Made by a program: the position numbers and the translations under genes
In this document: positions 1 through 8,778 of the stretch, in pieces
Position numbering within the stretch: the stretch's first letter is position 1
How the letters are laid out: each line of letters begins with the position of its first letter
IMG/VR virus record: IMGVR_UViG_3300022930_000219
Span: 1-30,724 of that record
DNA: 30,724 bases
Source: a virus
Lineage: Duplodnaviria > Caudoviricetes
Reading direction: 5' to 3' (one strand)
Notes under the pieces: generated by a model
What the model saw: only the letters and a program-made list of their open reading frames with translations
What the model was told of the DNA's origin: nothing
Database searches by the model: none

Positions 1-687
1 ATGTTCTCACTTCCTACTTTGCCAACCGACAGTCTATATAAATTTATATTTATCGGGGGTCTTATTTTACTCATATTTTCCGCTTATCTCGATCAGAATC
101 AATTAGACAGTAGCACCAAAGAGAATTTTAATATGGATTCGTTGCAGATAGTTAAGAATTCATATGCTCAAATGGATTCTCTAAATAATCTGAATGATGA
201 TAAACGTCTTAAATATCTAGGTGAAGCCTACAAATCTACCAGTGTTCAATATGCTGATATGATTAAGAAAAAAAGTAGTGTAGCAGAAATTGGTATTATT
301 AAAGAAATGAATGATAGGTATAGCAGGGAAATGAATCAAATAATTCTCAAACACGATAGTTTAACGAAGGATTATCATAGGACATACATTGAATTCCAAC
401 TGCGCCAATCAAGATATGAGATGAATGAGAAATTAAGTAAATCCCATCACAGTACATCCAATATGTGTTTCTATTCTGGCGTTATAATGTTCCTCTTAGG
501 TGGTTTTTTATGGTGTTACAGAATTCAAATACCACAGGATGAAATTCAAAAAATCCAACTTGATCTTGCAAAATTGGAGTTACAAAGACAAAATGCTATT
601 CCAGTTACAAGTCCGCCCGCAACATCTCAATCTACGACATCTCAATCAGCAACAGCAACTACTGTCACAACTGTAACTATACCTTAG
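1..687 (+). CDS. Accessory membrane protein (N- and C-terminal TM helices, coiled middle, Thr/Ser-rich tail), unknown function
   Basis: 228-aa ORF; hydrophobic stretches FIFIGGLILLIFSAYL and FYSGVIMFLLGGFLWC; convergent with the lysis cassette; ATG at the window edge so the true start is not verifiable. Confidence 0.6.
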   Translation: MFSLPTLPTDSLYKFIFIGGLILLIFSAYLDQNQLDSSTKENFNMDSLQIVKNSYAQMDSLNNLNDDKRLKYLGEAYKSTSVQYADMIKKKSSVAEIGIIKEMNDRYSREMNQIILKHDSLTKDYHRTYIEFQLRQSRYEMNEKLSKSHHSTSNMCFYSGVIMFLLGGFLWCYRIQIPQDEIQKIQLDLAKLELQRQNAIPVTSPPATSQSTTSQSATATTVTTVTIP

Positions 688-689
688 TA

Positions 690-1340
690 CTACTTTAGTA
701 ATAAATACGCTCCTACTGCCACACCTAATCCGATACTGATTTTTAAACCAGTACGTTTTTTCGGCTGAATTTGGAAACTGGTTAAACCACTGTTAATAGT
801 ATAGGGATTTTTATTGACCACATCAACGACTAAGGTTTTACCTTTCAAAAAGCCATTAGATTTGTATTTTGTAACAATATCAAAATCGTTTATCACTTTC
901 AATCCTAATTTGAGACTATCATTTACAACCTCAACGTCAGCAGAATAATATGGATTACTAATAGTAGTGTTTACATGGCGTACGCCATGTACAATGAATA
1001 CAGTATCTACTTTCACTACCGTGTCAATTTTCGTTACCGTTTTCAACTGCGTATAGGATTGAATATTCTTTGTGTTTTTTATGACATTGTAAGCCTCTGT
1101 GTTGGTCTGTTTTGTTGCTCCCAACACTTGATCTTTGGTTCCAACAAAAACCGTTTTAACAGCTCCGTTTAAGCCTGCTTTTGTACGGTATAAAGTGACC
1201 GTATCAGTCAACGCTATGATCTGACTATCCTTATATATAACTTCAGTATACTTATTGTAATACAGGTATCCAAGGCTTATTGATGCCATCACAGCTAGAA
1301 ATAGTAATATATAAAAGTTACGTTTATATTTATTTTCCAT
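690..1340 (-). CDS. Putative spanin-like lysis accessory protein
   Basis: Directly downstream of the holin; N-terminal TM (FYILLFLAVMASISLGYLYY) and C-terminal TM; start moved to ATG 1340 (MENKYK), overlapping the holin end. Confidence 0.5.
   Translation of the reverse strand: MENKYKRNFYILLFLAVMASISLGYLYYNKYTEVIYKDSQIIALTDTVTLYRTKAGLNGAVKTVFVGTKDQVLGATKQTNTEAYNVIKNTKNIQSYTQLKTVTKIDTVVKVDTVFIVHGVRHVNTTISNPYYSADVEVVNDSLKLGLKVINDFDIVTKYKSNGFLKGKTLVVDVVNKNPYTINSGLTSFQIQPKKRTGLKISIGLGVAVGAYLLLK
972..991. repeat. CATG hairpin 1 (two-CATG type), intragenic: TACATGGCGTACGCCATGTA
   Basis: Perfect 20-bp palindrome; its 18-bp core is identical to 8761-8778. Confidence 0.9.
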
Positions 1341-1761
1341 CGGTTTTTTGTTTAAAAATTGCACTGATTTTATCCTTCAAAGTTTCCCAGATATCAGTCT
1401 TCGTTATGGTGCTGATGTTCTCGAGATTTGATTTCAATTCGATCAGGGTTATATAGTATCCTACTGCGTGCGTTAGCAATAATGCTGTAGAGCTAAATAG
1501 GGTTACATCTACCTGAAAAGCTAATATTAGAGCAATGCTGTAAAAGACAAATTTGGATAATGTTAAGGTTAATTTTGACGCTGTAATAGGTTGTTTAGCC
1601 TGTATAGCCTTAGTTAAGCCCGTGATTAAATCAAAGAATAATAGCAGGTAGATTGTTATCAGATTTAAATGCAGTGGTGTTAAATACAGATAAATAAACC
1701 CTGCCATTTTGGTGAAATAATCTGGCAGTGATTTGAAGAAATTGGTGATTAGTTGATACAT
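1330..1761 (-). CDS. Phage holin (Cph1/holin-4-like)
   Basis: TM helices with LLFFDLITGLTKA and IELKSNLENI motifs; follows the endolysin; start moved to ATG 1761, just after the endolysin stop. Confidence 0.8.
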   Translation of the reverse strand: MYQLITNFFKSLPDYFTKMAGFIYLYLTPLHLNLITIYLLLFFDLITGLTKAIQAKQPITASKLTLTLSKFVFYSIALILAFQVDVTLFSSTALLLTHAVGYYITLIELKSNLENISTITKTDIWETLKDKISAIFKQKTDGK

Positions 1762-1765
1762 CTGA

Positions 1766-2326
1766 TTACAATAGACCATTATGAAATACTTTAGCATAAT
1801 CAGCAATCAAACTAGCTTTATCCAATCCATTTATAATTTTACGGGCATTGATCCAATCAGTAGTTTTCTCATTAAAATAGTTGGAAAGTGCTTTGCCCGT
1901 GAAAAAACCTTTAATCATTCCTTTGATCATAATTTGGGCTGATATTGTTGGATCTAATGCTAAATCTGGATGGTTTAAAAGGTCGACTTTCAGTAGTTTG
2001 CCCATAGCATCATAATTTTCAAACCAAGTCAACTGCACCAGTCCCCTACCGTAAAATATTTGATCAGGTACTGTATATGCTTTACGGCTCATTTTTAATT
2101 TTTTGCCGTAATCATATCCTTTGCCCCTACCGTATTCAGGTATTGGTTGCATTGTTTTGGCTGTTTCGTGGAAACACGTAGCAAGCATATAAGCTATATA
2201 GCGTAGATCTATAATACCTGCTTCTGTAATGGCTGATAAAATGTGATTGATTCCGTCTACTTGTGACTGGCTGAATTTATTGGAAAATAGAGGTTTAATG
2301 TGAGCGAAAAACGATGCAGAATCCAT
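1766..2326 (-). CDS. Endolysin, glycoside hydrolase family 19 (chitinase-like)
   Basis: YMLATCFHET, FYGRGLVQLTWFENY and ARKIING motifs. Confidence 0.9.
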   Translation of the reverse strand: MDSASFFAHIKPLFSNKFSQSQVDGINHILSAITEAGIIDLRYIAYMLATCFHETAKTMQPIPEYGRGKGYDYGKKLKMSRKAYTVPDQIFYGRGLVQLTWFENYDAMGKLLKVDLLNHPDLALDPTISAQIMIKGMIKGFFTGKALSNYFNEKTTDWINARKIINGLDKASLIADYAKVFHNGLL

Positions 2327-2337
2327 AAGTGATTTAT

Positions 2338-2350
2338 GGATATATATTAG
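2338..2350 (-). promoter_or_regulatory. Phage-specific promoter-like motif CTAATATATATCC upstream of the endolysin
   Basis: One of 10 copies, each just upstream of a late gene start. Confidence 0.75.
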
Positions 2351-2372
2351 ATCGGCAAAGTGGATTATAAGA

Positions 2373-2390
2373 GCGGGTACATGTACCCGC
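2373..2390. repeat. CATG palindrome 2 (central-CATG type): GCGGGTACATGTACCCGC
   Basis: Perfect 18-bp palindrome 5 bp past the stop at 2396; extendable with bulged A residues. Confidence 0.9.
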
Positions 2391-2395
2391 CTATA

Positions 2396-2884
2396 TTAAA
2401 GCTCAATCCCAAACTCATCTTGAAAACCATCAGCAAACGGTTCTACCACAATTCCAACAGGTAAAATACAATCGTTGGCAACACGGAATTGATCAAAACT
2501 CACCACAAATACACAGCCTGCAAGTCTATCTACATTACCCTTCCATTTTTGAACTGATGTTGTCTCACTTATTTCATATTCGACATCATATTGATTCCCA
2601 AAATATGTTATCACATCATCGGCAATAAGGTTTGAATCACTATATATAGCATATTCACTTCTCTTTAAATTAGGATCGAATAAGTCTCCAATAGTAATCT
2701 CAAATTGGTCATTAATATTGCTTGCAGATATATTTTGTCTCACATATTCAATGTTGCAGACAGGATAAATAATGTTGCTTACAGCATTGAAATCGTAGTT
2801 ATCTCCAACTAATACCGTATTGATTTGCCCGTGATTTTCAAAGAAATCAGTAAGCATTTTGATGTATTGATTAACAGTAATCAT
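2396..2884 (-). CDS. Putative tail terminator/completion protein
   Basis: 162 aa, acidic, beta-rich, follows the adaptor; call from size and synteny only. Confidence 0.45.
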   Translation of the reverse strand: MITVNQYIKMLTDFFENHGQINTVLVGDNYDFNAVSNIIYPVCNIEYVRQNISASNINDQFEITIGDLFDPNLKRSEYAIYSDSNLIADDVITYFGNQYDVEYEISETTSVQKWKGNVDRLAGCVFVVSFDQFRVANDCILPVGIVVEPFADGFQDEFGIEL

Positions 2885-3465
2885 TAGTATATCCTCCTTC
2901 TATAATAACCAGTCTTATATACGCTGTTGCGATATTCAGTCTCATAGTCAAATGAATTATCTGACATACTGATACCAGTAAAATTAAAACTAGTATCATT
3001 GCTAGCACTGCAAGTAACGGTTGTTTCATCATTATCATCAGTACTCATATAATCAATTAACCTAGCTTTGTAGCTATCCAATTTTGATGTATAAGTGCTA
3101 CGTAGTGCGCTAATATCATCTCGATTTCCACTTTGAGCGTTACTATCAGTTAACTTCTGGATACCACTGTTTGTAACTTTATAGTGAAGTTCATTGAAAG
3201 AGTAAACCAGTGTTCCATAACTTAAATACGGTCTGATTTTACGCATTAATGCCTGATCATCATCAGATAAAATGTGATTGGAAACAGTTTTTAATTTTAC
3301 TAATTCGTCACTTAATCTTTTGTAAAGTGTTTCTCCAAGTAAAGGTTCTACTTCCAATTCTTGGAACTCCAAAATTGCCCTAGACAATATTTTTTCATCA
3401 ACATTATCCTGTATGATGCTATTATCTTTTAATTCTTTGACATTTATAAATGTTATCTGTTTCAT
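2884..3465 (-). CDS. Putative head-tail adaptor protein
   Basis: 193-aa helical protein directly after the portal; EVEPLLGETLYKRL resembles Bacteroidota phage adaptors. Confidence 0.55.
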   Translation of the reverse strand: MKQITFINVKELKDNSIIQDNVDEKILSRAILEFQELEVEPLLGETLYKRLSDELVKLKTVSNHILSDDDQALMRKIRPYLSYGTLVYSFNELHYKVTNSGIQKLTDSNAQSGNRDDISALRSTYTSKLDSYKARLIDYMSTDDNDETTVTCSASNDTSFNFTGISMSDNSFDYETEYRNSVYKTGYYRRRIY

Positions 3466-3466
3466 C

Positions 3467-5380
3467 TTAATTTTCCTTTTTTATTACTCTCACCATATTC
3501 CAAAAATGTCTACATTGATTCTCTGATTTTTGAGTGGCTGAATTAAAAAACCAGCCTCCACAGTGCTCAAACACAGAATACCCAAATATTGAACTCATAT
3601 CTTGAATTTCAGATCTGCTATACAGCCTATCATTCTCAATTAATTTGATGCAAAATCCACGGGATGTGTCAATAATTGGTTTACCAAATCCTGCACGTAC
3701 TTTATACTCATAGAGTACTTGCACCTCATTCTTTTTAACGGTAGCATCATCTGTTTTAGGAGCCACTTTTATCTTTCCGTCCACGATTGTTGACTTCAAT
3801 ACTTTAGCATCAGATAGAGCTTTAATTCTACTTTCCAGATCATCAGTTGTACTAGATATTCCTAATTCTTTTTTGATATCAGCTTTAATTACCGATAATG
3901 TTTTTCCTTCGTTTTTATCTTCATTTTGGATCAGATAATTTTCAATATCCTTATCATCATCAAATAGTATTAGATCCTGTTTTGAATGAATATGGAAATC
4001 GGATTTAGTAATAATTGTGAAATTATCTTTGGAGATTCCCAAATCTTTTACCAATTCAAAATCCTGTTCCTTCAACATCCTACCTTTGCTGTAATCAGTT
4101 GAATCTACATTACTAAATTGTGCAGGTGATCCCGTTGGAGTTGAAAGTGAAAATGTAGGTACAGCGGTTGCGGTAACTAATTTATTACCTTCTCCATTAG
4201 CAAGAATTGGAAGGCTATCTACCGCCCGTAATTCGTCTATTGTCATTACCTTTTCTTTGGTAGCATCCGATAATTCAGGTGTAAAGAAAGTACCTTGATC
4301 TTTGAATTCGATTTCAGGAAATCCATTATCCATTAATAACTTGTTCAAACCAGATTCTATAACGTTTCTTGCATCTTTTACAAATACGTTTTTAAACGTC
4401 TGAAATGCCTGTTCAATAGCATTACGATCACCTAGAGATCCTGGCGATTCAATACCGTATAATGAACGGCTAGTTGCCTGATGTACCGTTAATATAGCTT
4501 CAATGTTAGTGTTACGGACTTCTACAAGTGCTGCTGCATAATCTACCGCACCCAATTGATGTACTTGAATTCCTGCACCAGTACCACCACCCGTTGGAAC
4601 CTCATTCCAGTTTAACAAAGTTCTTTTTCCGTTGGCTCCTTTGGTATTTTCATTGAATTTATCCTCTAATTTTCTAGCTTGTTCAGCCGTTGGAATACCT
4701 TTGAAGAAATCAATAATTGTATTTGGTGAAAAGCCGTCCTCAATATTATTTTTATTAAATTCTTTGATTAGGATCTCAGTGTACATTTGCAAAATACTTG
4801 CATTATAGGTTGCCATTGGATAAGTAGTATTGGCAGATGGGTTATATGCGGAATACATAAATATCTTCGATCTGGTATCAGCACTTTTGCCTCTAGTCCA
4901 ACGTTGATAATCAATTAGATTCTTTCCCTTTGCCCAATCCTTACAAAACCAGAATTGCGTTAACGGTTCGTTTGCTCTTAACTGATATACAGGTAAATGA
5001 TTATAACTAATTGGATCACCAAAAGCATTGTATTGAACCTCAATAATGAAAAAATTGAAGATTAAATAATCTAGTGTTATTTTTCTTACTATCTCTTCTA
5101 AAGTATCTACATCATTAAGTTTAAAATCTGCTTTTTTACCCGTTGCTTTAACTATAACACCATCACCTAAAATGTGATTCACCTTGGTTTTAGTTATCCC
5201 GTTATGTAAAGGAACTTCATTATATAATTGTAATAAAAAGTTGGGATACAGGTTATCATCACCCCATTTTACGGGTTTATTATCGGTTGTGCCTTGCTTA
5301 ACTTCTAGGGGTAATGGTGTTAATGTTCTTGCAAAATTCACAACATCCATTTTAAAGTTATTTATATTATTTTCATCCAT
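3467..5380 (-). CDS. Portal protein with C-terminal extension (MuF/minor-head-like Cys motif)
   Basis: WGDDNLYPNFL N-terminus, NNIEDGFSP, MTIDELRA portal end motif; tail SRGFC...HCGG...NQCRHFW. Confidence 0.8.
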   Translation of the reverse strand: MDENNINNFKMDVVNFARTLTPLPLEVKQGTTDNKPVKWGDDNLYPNFLLQLYNEVPLHNGITKTKVNHILGDGVIVKATGKKADFKLNDVDTLEEIVRKITLDYLIFNFFIIEVQYNAFGDPISYNHLPVYQLRANEPLTQFWFCKDWAKGKNLIDYQRWTRGKSADTRSKIFMYSAYNPSANTTYPMATYNASILQMYTEILIKEFNKNNIEDGFSPNTIIDFFKGIPTAEQARKLEDKFNENTKGANGKRTLLNWNEVPTGGGTGAGIQVHQLGAVDYAAALVEVRNTNIEAILTVHQATSRSLYGIESPGSLGDRNAIEQAFQTFKNVFVKDARNVIESGLNKLLMDNGFPEIEFKDQGTFFTPELSDATKEKVMTIDELRAVDSLPILANGEGNKLVTATAVPTFSLSTPTGSPAQFSNVDSTDYSKGRMLKEQDFELVKDLGISKDNFTIITKSDFHIHSKQDLILFDDDKDIENYLIQNEDKNEGKTLSVIKADIKKELGISSTTDDLESRIKALSDAKVLKSTIVDGKIKVAPKTDDATVKKNEVQVLYEYKVRAGFGKPIIDTSRGFCIKLIENDRLYSRSEIQDMSSIFGYSVFEHCGGWFFNSATQKSENQCRHFWNMVRVIKKEN

Positions 5381-5384
5381 TTTT

Positions 5385-5750
5385 CTATTTGTTATAAACT
5401 ATATATTGATCCTCTACTGGAACTACTTTTGAATCAACTATGAATAACTTTCCAACTTCAATTGCATCACCTAATAATGATTCATCTGTGATATTCCCAT
5501 CAATGTTTTGTTGATATATATTGAAGGTGTAGTATCCTAATTCCAATGATTGGAACACGGTATTATCAATTAAGAATAGATCATATCTTTCAATAGAATC
5601 ACTGATGTTTTCAGGTAAGAATAATCTTACATATTCCCTATCAGCATCATTCTTTAAAACCATTAAATACTTAGCATTATCAATAGTTGTTGATTCTGAT
5701 AGTGTTAAAATGATATGTTGGAAATCCTTATTTTTATCTATGAGAGTCAT
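5385..5750 (-). CDS. Small virion structural protein, unknown role
   Basis: 121 aa between tail tube and portal genes; has its own promoter motif. Confidence 0.5.
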   Translation of the reverse strand: MTLIDKNKDFQHIILTLSESTTIDNAKYLMVLKNDADREYVRLFLPENISDSIERYDLFLIDNTVFQSLELGYYTFNIYQQNIDGNITDESLLGDAIEVGKLFIVDSKVVPVEDQYIVYNK

Positions 5751-5760
5751 ATATGTTTTA

Positions 5761-5773
5761 TGATATATATTAG
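5761..5773 (-). promoter_or_regulatory. Promoter-like motif CTAATATATATCA
   Basis: 10 bp upstream of ATG 5750. Confidence 0.75.
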
Positions 5774-5797
5774 CTATGGATTTAAAATAAAAGGCAT

Positions 5798-5829
5798 AAA
5801 AAAACCCCTACCAGATTTGTTAGGGGTTT
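5798..5829 (-). terminator. Rho-independent terminator after the tail tube gene
   Basis: AAACCCCTA-10nt-TAGGGGTTT followed by TTTTATGCC on the minus strand. Confidence 0.8.
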
Positions 5830-5851
5830 AAATGAAAGTTTAAAAGAAATA

Positions 5852-6394
5852 TTAAACCAGTGAAAGGAAAGATGAAACAACAGTTGGATCTACTACCTGA
5901 AGGAATTCAGAGTCCATACCTGTTAAGGTAACCACACGTTGGTTTGCACCAGTTGCAATTGAACCTTCAGTACCACTCATTGAGAATTGCCCGTTAAGAC
6001 CGAACGCTACCCAACTACCATTTTTTAATTTAGTTAGAACTGCAACGGGATTAGCTATAAGATTTTCAACTGCTGTTTTTGCTACTAATGAACCTAAGTT
6101 ACCTAGTGTAAAAGTTAATGTTTTAGTGATATCATATGCACCAGTTTCAGCCATTGCATATGTTTCAGATATAGTATTTTGATTTTTAGTTGCTGAGTAT
6201 TTAACGAATTTTGTTGAACCTGATTGGAAACCAATTGCAGAAATTAAACCTCCTGCTGATGTAGTATAAACTTCGGTAGATCCTGATATTGGTGCTAATG
6301 AATCAAAAGCGACTAAATATACATCATCATTCATACCTGCTACTGTATTTTTACCGCATTCTCTAGCTAATTTGGAAAGAGGATTACAAGCCAT
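5852..6394 (-). CDS. Putative major tail (tube) protein
   Basis: 180 aa, Gly/Thr/Ser-rich and beta-rich, MAC...C..AG N-terminus, directly after the capsid gene. Confidence 0.6.
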   Translation of the reverse strand: MACNPLSKLARECGKNTVAGMNDDVYLVAFDSLAPISGSTEVYTTSAGGLISAIGFQSGSTKFVKYSATKNQNTISETYAMAETGAYDITKTLTFTLGNLGSLVAKTAVENLIANPVAVLTKLKNGSWVAFGLNGQFSMSGTEGSIATGANQRVVTLTGMDSEFLQVVDPTVVSSFLSLV

Positions 6395-6427
6395 AATTAT
6401 ATTGTATTTATTGTATTTTAAATTGAG

Positions 6428-6457
6428 ATAAAGAGGGAAACATGTTTCCCTCTTTAT
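6428..6457. repeat. CATG palindrome 3 (central type): ATAAAGAGGGAAACATGTTTCCCTCTTTAT
   Basis: Perfect 30-bp palindrome between capsid and tail tube genes; may double as a terminator. Confidence 0.9.
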
Positions 6458-6469
6458 GATATTTTGTTA

Positions 6470-7393
6470 TTATCCTACGATTGTAGCTAGACCAATTTGG
6501 TCGATATAGACAGGTACTACACCTAACGAAAAAGCACTATCGAAATAGACATTTTTAGTTTCAACTGAATAAACTTTCTCCAATGAAACGTTATCTAACT
6601 CACCACCTGCTTGTAATTGTGACATACGTACTGCTACTGCTTTACCAGTACCAATCAAACCATCTACAGGAGCTAATTGTACACCACCTGCACCTTGTAA
6701 GAATAAAGCATCTTCAGGTTTGAAGAAGTTTTTATCTGATTGTTCACCCGTATATTTTTTATACAGATCAGAACCAATAAATATTCTATAATCTGGTTTA
6801 TTTGCAACTTGAATAGGCATTTTAGCGTCAAAATCTCTAAGTTGTTTAGTAATAGTAGAACCTGTTGCACCTGTAAAAGTGATTGGTGAACCTGCACCGA
6901 TTTGTTTTAAAAATCCGTCCATTTGTTTCAATGTTATATCACTTTCAGTACTTCCTGTTAAGCTAGTATTACCTTGCCATACCATTTGTTCTAATGCAGC
7001 TTGAATCTTATCAGATACTTCTAAAGAGATTGAATCTAAAAACAAAGCATCAGTATAAACTTGACCTTTCAATTTTATTTTAAGTTCTTCAACTGCATAA
7101 GTTTTTTCTAATAAACGAACGCAATAATTGTAATCAACTTTTAAATCTTTAACGCTTAAAGTTGCTTGTGATAGAACTGTATCACCAATTGGATTACGGG
7201 AGCATCCGTCATTTGCTTGGATAACTACATTTGTATTTTGTAATTGAACTACCTTATTACCTTTTGCAGTTGGATCAAATGCTGAAGCGTTAATTAAGTA
7301 ATCAATAGTTTGTGCACCAATTACGGCACGTGTAATAAAAGTTCTGCTAGACTGATCAGTATATGCAGGTAAATTAGTAATGTTATAAGCCAT
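6470..7393 (-). CDS. Major capsid protein (HK97 fold, inferred)
   Basis: 307 aa after protease and scaffold; LEQMVWQGN and QMDGFLKQI motifs. Confidence 0.75.
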   Translation of the reverse strand: MAYNITNLPAYTDQSSRTFITRAVIGAQTIDYLINASAFDPTAKGNKVVQLQNTNVVIQANDGCSRNPIGDTVLSQATLSVKDLKVDYNYCVRLLEKTYAVEELKIKLKGQVYTDALFLDSISLEVSDKIQAALEQMVWQGNTSLTGSTESDITLKQMDGFLKQIGAGSPITFTGATGSTITKQLRDFDAKMPIQVANKPDYRIFIGSDLYKKYTGEQSDKNFFKPEDALFLQGAGGVQLAPVDGLIGTGKAVAVRMSQLQAGGELDNVSLEKVYSVETKNVYFDSAFSLGVVPVYIDQIGLATIVG

Positions 7394-7416
7394 TTCTTTT
7401 GTGTGTATTTTTAATA

Positions 7417-8016
7417 TTATTTGTTATATGAATCAGCAATACGAGCGTATTTTTCTAATTCACTTTCTTTAATTTCAATGCGGGAATCCGCTGAATTTTG
7501 AGTAGGTAATTTTGATAGTAATTCGATTTTCTTATCGATATCTTTTGCTTTTGAATTGAACTCATTTACTGCTTCAGCACTTGGTTGAATTTGTAATGCT
7601 TCAAGAATAGTTTTCATTGCATCTTCAAGTTTTGCAACTCTATCTTCCAATGCTTTATCATCAGATTTAACCTCTTCTTTTGCAGGTTCAACTACTGGTT
7701 CATCAGCTAATTTTTCTTCTTCTTTTGGGGCTTCAACAACTTCTTCTGCTTTAGCTTCATCAGCCTCTTTTACTACTTCTGAAATCTTACCATCTTTAGT
7801 AATAAATTCAGATCCATCAACTAAACTATAATTAGCATCAGGTGCAGGAATAGATCCTGTAGAACTTGAAACAGATACATCAGCTCCAACTACTAATTCA
7901 GCAATTGTAACTTCTACATCAGAATCTTTCACTTTGATAGATTCAAATTTTAAGGGTGCATTATCAGTGAAGAATTTTAAAAGACTATTTAACCTAGTTT
8001 TTATATTTTTTTCCAT
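7417..8016 (-). CDS. Capsid scaffolding protein
   Basis: Acidic Glu/Lys/Ala-rich coiled coil, PDANYSLVDG motif, between protease and capsid genes. Confidence 0.65.
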   Translation of the reverse strand: MEKNIKTRLNSLLKFFTDNAPLKFESIKVKDSDVEVTIAELVVGADVSVSSSTGSIPAPDANYSLVDGSEFITKDGKISEVVKEADEAKAEEVVEAPKEEEKLADEPVVEPAKEEVKSDDKALEDRVAKLEDAMKTILEALQIQPSAEAVNEFNSKAKDIDKKIELLSKLPTQNSADSRIEIKESELEKYARIADSYNK

Positions 8017-8031
8017 TTTCTTTTTTTATAC

Positions 8032-8044
8032 TGATATATATTAG
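8032..8044 (-). promoter_or_regulatory. Promoter-like motif CTAATATATATCA, overlapping the protease stop codon
   Basis: 15 bp upstream of scaffold ATG 8016. Confidence 0.75.
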
Positions 8045-8682
8045 CCCTTGGAAATAATATTCATAAGCTGTTCTAATGCTTCTAATTCCTGTAGTTTTAT
8101 ATCGTATTCAGACAATGGTTTGTATTGTGATAATTGGAGATTTACAGTCGAATTAGTATCTAATAGTTTTAAAATTGCTTCTACGCTAAAACCGTTTATT
8201 TTACCTTCTTTAATAGACTGCCAAACGGTATCTGATAATACTTTTACTACAATTACCCAAGACCCATCAATAGCTTTTTCTAAACCTTTTGGAGCGGTCA
8301 TACCTAGTACAGAATCAACTATATATGTTTGGTATACATAGCTATTAGCAGGTATAATTGAATGATTAATATTTGTATTATTGAATAATCCTTTTTTAGC
8401 AAAAATTTGGGATGCTACTCGTATTGTTTGAGCACTAAATACACCTGCATATTCGACGTTATTATCAGATACACGGTAAATTGGGACATTAGGAATCATA
8501 GCAATTCCGATCAGTTCTTTTTTCTCATCGTTTGTACTAAAATTGACTAATTTTTGATCAGTACTAAATGCTATAAAATTTGATTCAATAGCTGGATACT
8601 GAACTAAACTTATAGCGGAAACGAATGAATCATTTTCAGGATCAATTTCATATTCGATTAATGGTAGATTCTTTTTTAACAT
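8041..8682 (-). CDS. Prohead serine protease, XkdF-like
   Basis: AISLVQYPAIE, IPNVPIYR, NINH, GSW and VWQSIKEGKINGFSVEA motifs. Confidence 0.8.
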   Translation of the reverse strand: MLKKNLPLIEYEIDPENDSFVSAISLVQYPAIESNFIAFSTDQKLVNFSTNDEKKELIGIAMIPNVPIYRVSDNNVEYAGVFSAQTIRVASQIFAKKGLFNNTNINHSIIPANSYVYQTYIVDSVLGMTAPKGLEKAIDGSWVIVVKVLSDTVWQSIKEGKINGFSVEAILKLLDTNSTVNLQLSQYKPLSEYDIKLQELEALEQLMNIISKG

Positions 8683-8691
8683 ATATTTTTA

Positions 8692-8704
8692 GGATATATA
8701 TTAG
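8692..8704 (-). promoter_or_regulatory. Promoter-like motif CTAATATATATCC
   Basis: 9 bp upstream of ATG 8682. Confidence 0.75.
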
Positions 8705-8728
8705 TTTCAGAATCAAAATTTTAGGCAT

Positions 8729-8758
8729 AAAAAAACCCCTACTGTTTAAGTAGAGGTT
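8729..8758 (-). terminator. Rho-independent terminator after the tape measure gene
   Basis: AACCTCTACT-TAAAC-AGTAGGGGTT followed by TTTTTATGCC on the minus strand. Confidence 0.8.
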
Positions 8759-8760
8759 AT

Positions 8761-8778
8761 ACATGGCGTACGCCATGT
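8761..8778. repeat. CATG hairpin 4 (two-CATG type): ACATGGCGTACGCCATGT
   Basis: Perfect 18-bp palindrome abutting the TMP stop codon, separate from the adjacent terminator. Confidence 0.9.
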
